DNA of 41,528 nucleotides from Candidatus Woykebacteria bacterium RBG_13_40_15 (GTDB taxonomy: Bacteria; Patescibacteriota; Microgenomatia; Woykebacterales; RBG-16-39-9b), in the NCBI GenBank assembly GCA_001816655.1, contig MHCP01000028.1:99848-141375 (forward strand), written 5' to 3'. How positions within the stretch are numbered: the stretch's first letter is position 1; the number at the start of each line of letters is the position of its first letter. The notes under the pieces were generated by a model, which was not told the DNA's origin, made no database searches, and saw only the letters and a list, made by a program, of their open reading frames with translations. Position numbers and translations under genes: made by a program. Shown piece by piece: positions 35,900-41,528 of this stretch.

Positions 35900-37361
35900 A
35901 TAAGCTTTGGTTTAATTTGGTCGCTTGATTTTTAGTTATAGAAATCAAATCTTTTAGTTTTTTAGCTTGCAATACCTGCTCCGTAACGTCTCTAAATGCT
36001 CCTTTTTCATATTTTTCGATAAGTTTGATTAGGTCAACTTTCATCATACTTGCATTTTTTTGATCCCAAAAACCGGAAAAAAGAAGTCCAAACAAAACCA
36101 TCTGCAAGTCCCGCGGCACCAGCGTATCGGAATCTTGGTTAAAAATAAGTTCGATCTTTTCTCCAAGATCCATCTCCCGCCGCGTAGATTCAGGCAATTC
36201 AACCCCAAAACGAGCAATCTCTAAATCTTTTTTATATTTAGCCAAGGCTTCTCTTAAAGCTTGGGCCAATTCCCGATCGATTGTCTCTTTGGTTTGATTA
36301 CCGACACGCGAAACAGAAAGTGCATAATTAATCGCTGGTCTCTGACCTTTTCGAAATTCTTCAATATCAAAAAAAATATGTCCATCTGTTATAGCCATAA
36401 GATTGGTTTGAATATAGCCAGTCAAATCCCCTTCTAAGGTCTCGGCAACAGGAAGAGCAGTGATACTTACTGTTCTCTCTTGATCTAGTTTTACATTACC
36501 AGCTCTCTCAAGCAAAGCCGCATGAAGGTGAAAGATGTCTCCTGGATACGAAGCCCTACCTGGTACTCTTTTTGAAAGAAGTGAAATTTCACGGTAAAAC
36601 TTAGCGTGATTGCTAAGATCATCAAAAACAATTAAAACGTCACGTCCCGAATCGCGGAAAAATTCTGCCACCGCCAATCCCGAAAAGGGTGCGAGGTAAA
36701 CCATTGTCGCTGGATCTGCAGAATTTGCAACAACCAAACAGCAATTTTTCGCTACTCCTGCTTTAGCCAGATAATTTTCAATATTTTTTACGTCACTTTG
36801 GCGCTTCCCAATTGAAACATAAACGCAAGTTACACCAAGCCTCGCCTGAGTAGCGATAGCTTGTAACAAGAACGTGCTTTTGCCGGTTTTCTTATCTCCA
36901 ATAACAAGCTCCCGCTGACCGTATCCAATTGGAACAAGAAGGTCCACAATGGTTACTCCTGATTCAAGAGGTTTGTTAACCTTTTGACGTTGTATAATCG
37001 GAGGGGCCACTGCATCAATTGGTTGCATAGTCTTTTCGCCAATCACTGGACCTCTACCATCTATTGGCAGGCCGAAAGGGTTGACAATCCGACCTAATAT
37101 CGATTCTGATACACCAATTTTGAATGTTTCATTGGTCCTAGCCACAGCCAAATCGTTAGCAAGATCATGAGTGTCAAGCATTAGAACTTCTGCCAGATCA
37201 GGCAGAAGCGATTGAACAACACCACGCTGGCCACCGGCTGCTACAATCATCTCTTTCAATCTTAGGGATGGCAGCCCAGAAACATAAACAATGGAGTGGA
37301 CAACTGATTTTATATAGCCAACTTCTCCAACCTCTTTTAAGTACTCATCAAATGTTTTCAT
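35892..37361 (-). CDS. atpA: F1 ATPase alpha subunit
   Basis: GDKKTGKST Walker A, LIVFDDLSNHAKFYREISLL, PGRASYPGDIFHLHAALLERA and ITDGHIFFD. Confidence 0.9.
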
Positions 37362-37374
37362 TTAGATCTTACAT

Positions 37375-37860
37375 CTAGTTAATCAGGTTTCTTCTGTCTA
37401 GCAATTGCTCTAGCTCGCTGCTAAAGGAGTAGTCTCTGTAATTCCCTTCAAACTCAATAACAGCCCCACCGAGAATTTTACTATTGGCATAGATGTCCAA
37501 GAAAACTTTTCTACCTACTTGCTTTATAAACCAATCTTCCAAATTAGATAAAAAGCTCTGCCTAGGTACAAAGGCAAGGGTGATTTTGCAAACAGGTATT
37601 GATTGGCTATATTTCTTCAATTCTCTGAAGAATTCTTTTTGCGCCTCCGGATCCTTAGAAAAAAGGCCTTTTTCCTCTGCTAAAATCAATTTCTTACGGA
37701 AACTTTCGGAAACATCGCTACTTAATTTTGCACTTAGAGGCTCTGATAATGTGCCTTTGTAGATAAAACTTAAGGCAATTTCAATTTCGTCGGAAAGACT
37801 TAAAAGTTGTTCTTTAGTAATCAAGTCTTCTACGAATTTTTCAAAACTTTCGTTTTTCAT
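37375..37860 (-). CDS. atpH: F-type ATPase delta (OSCP-like) subunit
   Basis: 161 aa located between the b-like and alpha genes. The C-terminal ILGGAVIEFEGNYRDYS matches the delta C-domain pattern. Confidence 0.7.
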   Translation of the reverse strand: MKNESFEKFVEDLITKEQLLSLSDEIEIALSFIYKGTLSEPLSAKLSSDVSESFRKKLILAEEKGLFSKDPEAQKEFFRELKKYSQSIPVCKITLAFVPRQSFLSNLEDWFIKQVGRKVFLDIYANSKILGGAVIEFEGNYRDYSFSSELEQLLDRRNLIN

Positions 37861-37862
37861 CT

Positions 37863-38546
37863 TTATTTGCCTTCGAAAAACTTTTCCTTTTTTGCCTTTT
37901 CAAGGGCTTCCATTACCAATTCCTCATGGGTTGACATGTCAACAGAGCGGCCGATTGTATTTTTGGCAACTTCACTAATTATTTGATAGATTTGTGTGTC
38001 CAGCTGCTTAATTTTTTGCTGCTTATGAGTTTCGACTTCTTTATCAACCCTAGCTATTTCCTGACTCAGTTTCTCCTCAACCATCCGTGGAATTTGCTCT
38101 AGCTCCTTTTGAAGGCTTGGTAAAAGTTGTGAGACCTTCTCCTTCGTCTCTGAACTAACTTCTCTATTTAAGACGGAAAACATAGTTTGGTAGGTTGAAA
38201 TGATATCCTTAGATTGGTTTTGAAATACTTTTTTACTTTCCGCTATTGTTTGTTCTACTCCCGTTCTCATTCTATTCTCGATATCTAAACGGAATTCTTC
38301 GGAAAGCCTCAAGTTACGTTTGGATTCTTCAATAGAGTTGTTAACAAGTTCCGATGCCATAGAGATTGTTCTTGCTAGCACTTCATTTGCTTTTTTTCCT
38401 ACAGTATGTCTTGCTTGTTCCCCCTCCTTCAAAAATGGCTGAAATTCGCTTAAGACCTGGTTCGTTTTATAAACCATATAAGCAACAGCCAAAACCATTA
38501 CTATATTTAGAACAAGGCTTATGATTAAAATTATTTCTGCACTCAT
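37863..38546 (-). CDS. atpF: F-type ATPase b-like stator subunit (227 aa: one N-terminal TM helix plus a long coiled coil)
   Basis: The single TM helix IILIISLVLNIVMVLAVAYMVY is followed by about 190 aa of charged heptad-like sequence, in the atpF position. Confidence 0.65.
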   Translation of the reverse strand: MSAEIILIISLVLNIVMVLAVAYMVYKTNQVLSEFQPFLKEGEQARHTVGKKANEVLARTISMASELVNNSIEESKRNLRLSEEFRLDIENRMRTGVEQTIAESKKVFQNQSKDIISTYQTMFSVLNREVSSETKEKVSQLLPSLQKELEQIPRMVEEKLSQEIARVDKEVETHKQQKIKQLDTQIYQIISEVAKNTIGRSVDMSTHEELVMEALEKAKKEKFFEGK

Positions 38547-38559
38547 ATTTTCCTCCTAT

Positions 38560-39348
<789 letters not shown>

Positions 39349-39705
39349 TTATCAGATCTAAGATGCAAGATGTAAGCTATTTATAATATTTCCCGCTTAA
39401 ATCTCAAATCTAATTAAATGATAGCATAATTTTTTTGCTGCTTAGGCGTTTCCTCGACTTTAAAAAATTCTCCCGCCGCAGGTGCCTTATTTAGCCTTAT
39501 TTCCCTTGACGGGAAACGCTATTTTAGTTATAGAAGGGTATTGACAAGTTAGAAGGAAGGCCGTAGAAAGCGGTTAGCAGATTTTTCGCATTGCTTAATT
39601 TTCTGCTCACAGCTCAGCGATTCATGCTTCCTACTTACTATTATCTGCCAGACCCGTCTTGCCTGTCGGTAGACAGGTCCAGCAGGCGGGTTCACGGAAG
39701 AAAAC

Positions 39706-39734
39706 TTGACTTATTTTTCCACGGTGGGTACAAT
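39706..39734 (+). promoter_or_regulatory. Strong promoter of the MerR-like/giant-protein gene
   Basis: TTGACT, 17 nt, TACAAT. A structured 5' UTR of about 50 nt and an AAAGGA RBS follow. Confidence 0.65.
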
Positions 39735-39788
39735 TTAAATAGGGTTTCCCGTAACGGAAACGAACTGGAAACCCAAAGGACCTACCAA

Positions 39789-41528
39789 ATGCCAGAAGGG
39801 GATCTGCCTCGCCAGCCGGCGAACCCTGAGAAACCGCTTGTTCCGCCAACTGGCGGAGGAAGCGGAAAATTAATATCGTTTGACGACTTAATTGCCCGTG
39901 CAAAACGCTTGGGTGTTTCTTTTGGGAAAGGCGACCCTTACAATCGCCTTCGCTACTACACCAAAATAGGCCTTCTACCTCATGCTAAACGAAAGTCTTT
40001 TGCTGGTAGCCCCCCTCAAGGGGCCTATCCAGAATACGTCTTAGACCAGATACTTAACATAGATCGACAACTAAGAGCTGGTAAAAGTATTCAGGCGATT
40101 TTAAATGAAGGTGTTTCTAAAGAAAGTTCAGAAGGCAGTGGTCAAGAGCAAAAGGATATACAAGAAGTAGCCGAAAAAGTCTACTCGCCAACTATTGAAG
40201 GCCTTCTACCTCCAATTACGATCACCCACATACCAGTAATAAAGCCGCCTCCCCCAACCTCCCAAGTAACTACACCCCCATTTGGGAAAGGTCCTTCTTT
40301 GGATTTGCTCCCCTCGCAAGAGATAAAGGCTAGACATTTTAAGATAAAACCGGCCCATTTGCTAGTGGCTTTAATTTTGTTAATAGGTTTATTGCCAATT
40401 GCCTACTCCACACAATCAGTGTTTAAACCCATATCGAACCGCTTCGCAGTTGGTATGTTAAATAACATATCCAAAGATATCTTTATATCTCTTAAAGGGT
40501 TAAATACTATACTTTCGCCCCAGAAAGAAGGGTTGGTACAGCTCACACCTTCCGAAAATCAAGTACTTGGAACAATCACTGACCCCTACCTTAATATAAA
40601 TGTAGAGACTGATGTTAATAAACAACTGAATGCTAAAGGGGGTATAAAGACGCATAATACTGATGTTGATGCGGGAACTGGCCGAGTCTATGCTTCCAAT
40701 ATATTATATGGGATTTCTGCAGGAGCCAATGTTGCGATTTCTGGTAATAAACAAACTCCAACTATTTCGGTCCCTTATGTTGGCAATGGTGATATTACAG
40801 GGGTATTAGCCGGAACTGGTCTTTCCGGCGGCGGAACAAGTGGTACTGTAACTCTTGGGCTAACTAGCTCTTCCCTAACAATTGCTGCTGGATCTGGCTT
40901 GACTGGTGGGGGTAGTGTTTCCCTAGGCGGGACAACAACGCTAAATATAGGCGCTGGGAATGGGATAACCGTTGCAGCTAATAGTGTTGGAATAAATCTG
41001 CAATCAGGTTCTGGTTTACAAGTGAGTGGGTCGGGTCTTTCAGCAAGGAGAGACTGCACTGACGCTCAAGTTATCAAATGGGACGTTGGAAGTTCATCAT
41101 GGTTGTGCCAAGACGATGCAGGCGGTGTAGTGGGTATTATAGAGGTCCAAGAGGAAGATCTCACAATTAGCGGTACCGCTAGTCGACTTGATTTCCGCGG
41201 TAGCCACTTCGACCTTACCTCTGAAGATGGTGGAAATGAAGTTCGCGTCGAACTTTCTGAAGGTACTCCTGGACAAGTTTTACTGACCAATGGAACGCCA
41301 GAAGCTGTGTGGACCACTCTATCAAGCGACATTACCGTAGCCGCCACTGGAGCAGTAACAATCCAACTCGACTCTGTAGCTTTAGGAGCTGATACAACTA
41401 ATGACTATGTCGAATCAATTACTAATGGCAATGGAATCACTGGCGGAGATGGTGGTAGTGAAGGAGCTACTTTAACCTTAGCTTTAGGTAACCTAACCGC
41501 TGATTGGAACCAGACCGCTGCTTTTGAT
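39789..41528 (+). CDS. Partial large membrane protein: N-terminal MerR-like HTH, one TM helix, Gly/Thr/Ser-rich repeat ectodomain (continues past the window)
   Basis: My translation is open for 580 codons from the ATG at 39789 to the window edge. It is not in the ORF track because there is no stop. LISFDDLIARAKRLGVSFGKGDPYNRLRYYTKIGLLP is MerR-like. The TM helix is HLLVALILLIGLLPIAY. The remainder contains repeats such as GTGLSGGGTSGTVTLGL and GSGLTGGGSVSLGGTTTLNIGAGNGITVAANSVGINL. Confidence 0.8.
   Translation, partial: MPEGDLPRQPANPEKPLVPPTGGGSGKLISFDDLIARAKRLGVSFGKGDPYNRLRYYTKIGLLPHAKRKSFAGSPPQGAYPEYVLDQILNIDRQLRAGKSIQAILNEGVSKESSEGSGQEQKDIQEVAEKVYSPTIEGLLPPITITHIPVIKPPPPTSQVTTPPFGKGPSLDLLPSQEIKARHFKIKPAHLLVALILLIGLLPIAYSTQSVFKPISNRFAVGMLNNISKDIFISLKGLNTILSPQKEGLVQLTPSENQVLGTITDPYLNINVETDVNKQLNAKGGIKTHNTDVDAGTGRVYASNILYGISAGANVAISGNKQTPTISVPYVGNGDITGVLAGTGLSGGGTSGTVTLGLTSSSLTIAAGSGLTGGGSVSLGGTTTLNIGAGNGITVAANSVGINLQSGSGLQVSGSGLSARRDCTDAQVIKWDVGSSSWLCQDDAGGVVGIIEVQEEDLTISGTASRLDFRGSHFDLTSEDGGNEVRVELSEGTPGQVLLTNGTPEAVWTTLSSDITVAATGAVTIQLDSVALGADTTNDYVESITNGNGITGGDGGSEGATLTLALGNLTADWNQTAAFD

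Noticed and set aside
39631-39903. 90-aa minus-strand ORF
   Set aside because: It spans the promoter, UTR and start of the plus-strand giant gene and a GC palindrome. It has no RBS, and it is explained by local G+C richness.
40775-41347. Two minus-strand ORFs of 94 and 93 aa
   Set aside because: They are antisense to the Gly/Thr/Ser-repeat ORF and give Pro-rich mirror translations typical of GGN-rich repeats.

Overview
AT-rich bacterial chromosome fragment, about one-third G+C in the 60-nt lines I counted. Compact co-directional genes, comEA/comEC, a type IV pilin-like gene, a sortase, tRNAs with encoded CCA and Lys/Glu-rich extensions on ribosomal proteins suggest a Patescibacteria/CPR (Microgenomates-like) genome; that taxonomic call is inference only. 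Layout: (1) 1-7.1 kb holds rpmB, an M50 protease, an orphan structured RNA, a minus-strand tRNA-Thr/Tyr/Thr-rpmG-tRNA-Trp operon, and divergently a receiver-domain gene plus secE-nusG-rplK-rplA-(L10 leader)-rplJ-rplL. (2) 7.1-11.8 kb is an accessory stretch. Two high-G+C ORFs with N-terminal TM anchors flank an AT-rich DUF2207 gene, and they share paralogous promoter modules and 3' hairpins. An orphan excisionase-type HTH gene and dense short repeats follow. (3) 11.8-19.8 kb holds a GH94 phosphorylase, three glycosyltransferases and mreB. (4) 20-24 kb is a cell-surface set: PEGA/beta-propeller protein, sortase, tRNA-Arg, tRNA-Pro, serpin, pilin. (5) 24-33.4 kb holds ndk, an M16 peptidase, argS, split comEC, comEA, a metallopeptidase-like gene and leuS. 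(6) 33.4-39.3 kb is an F-type ATPase-like operon with a complete F1 but an aberrant membrane sector. It has no a subunit, and in the atpE position sits a 260-aa fusion of an extracytoplasmic domain to a c-subunit-like hairpin lacking the ion-binding carboxylate. (7) 39.8 kb to the window end is a partial ORF of at least 580 aa combining a MerR-like HTH, one TM helix and a Gly/Thr/Ser-rich repeat ectodomain. The best candidates for something new are the ATPase operon, the twin high-G+C cassettes, and a family of 20-31 nt CCTGCC...GGCAGG palindromes. Filled-versus-empty site comparisons suggest these palindromes are mobile, and copies sit in frame inside rplL and leuS. No rRNA, CRISPR array, transposase or integrase was seen.
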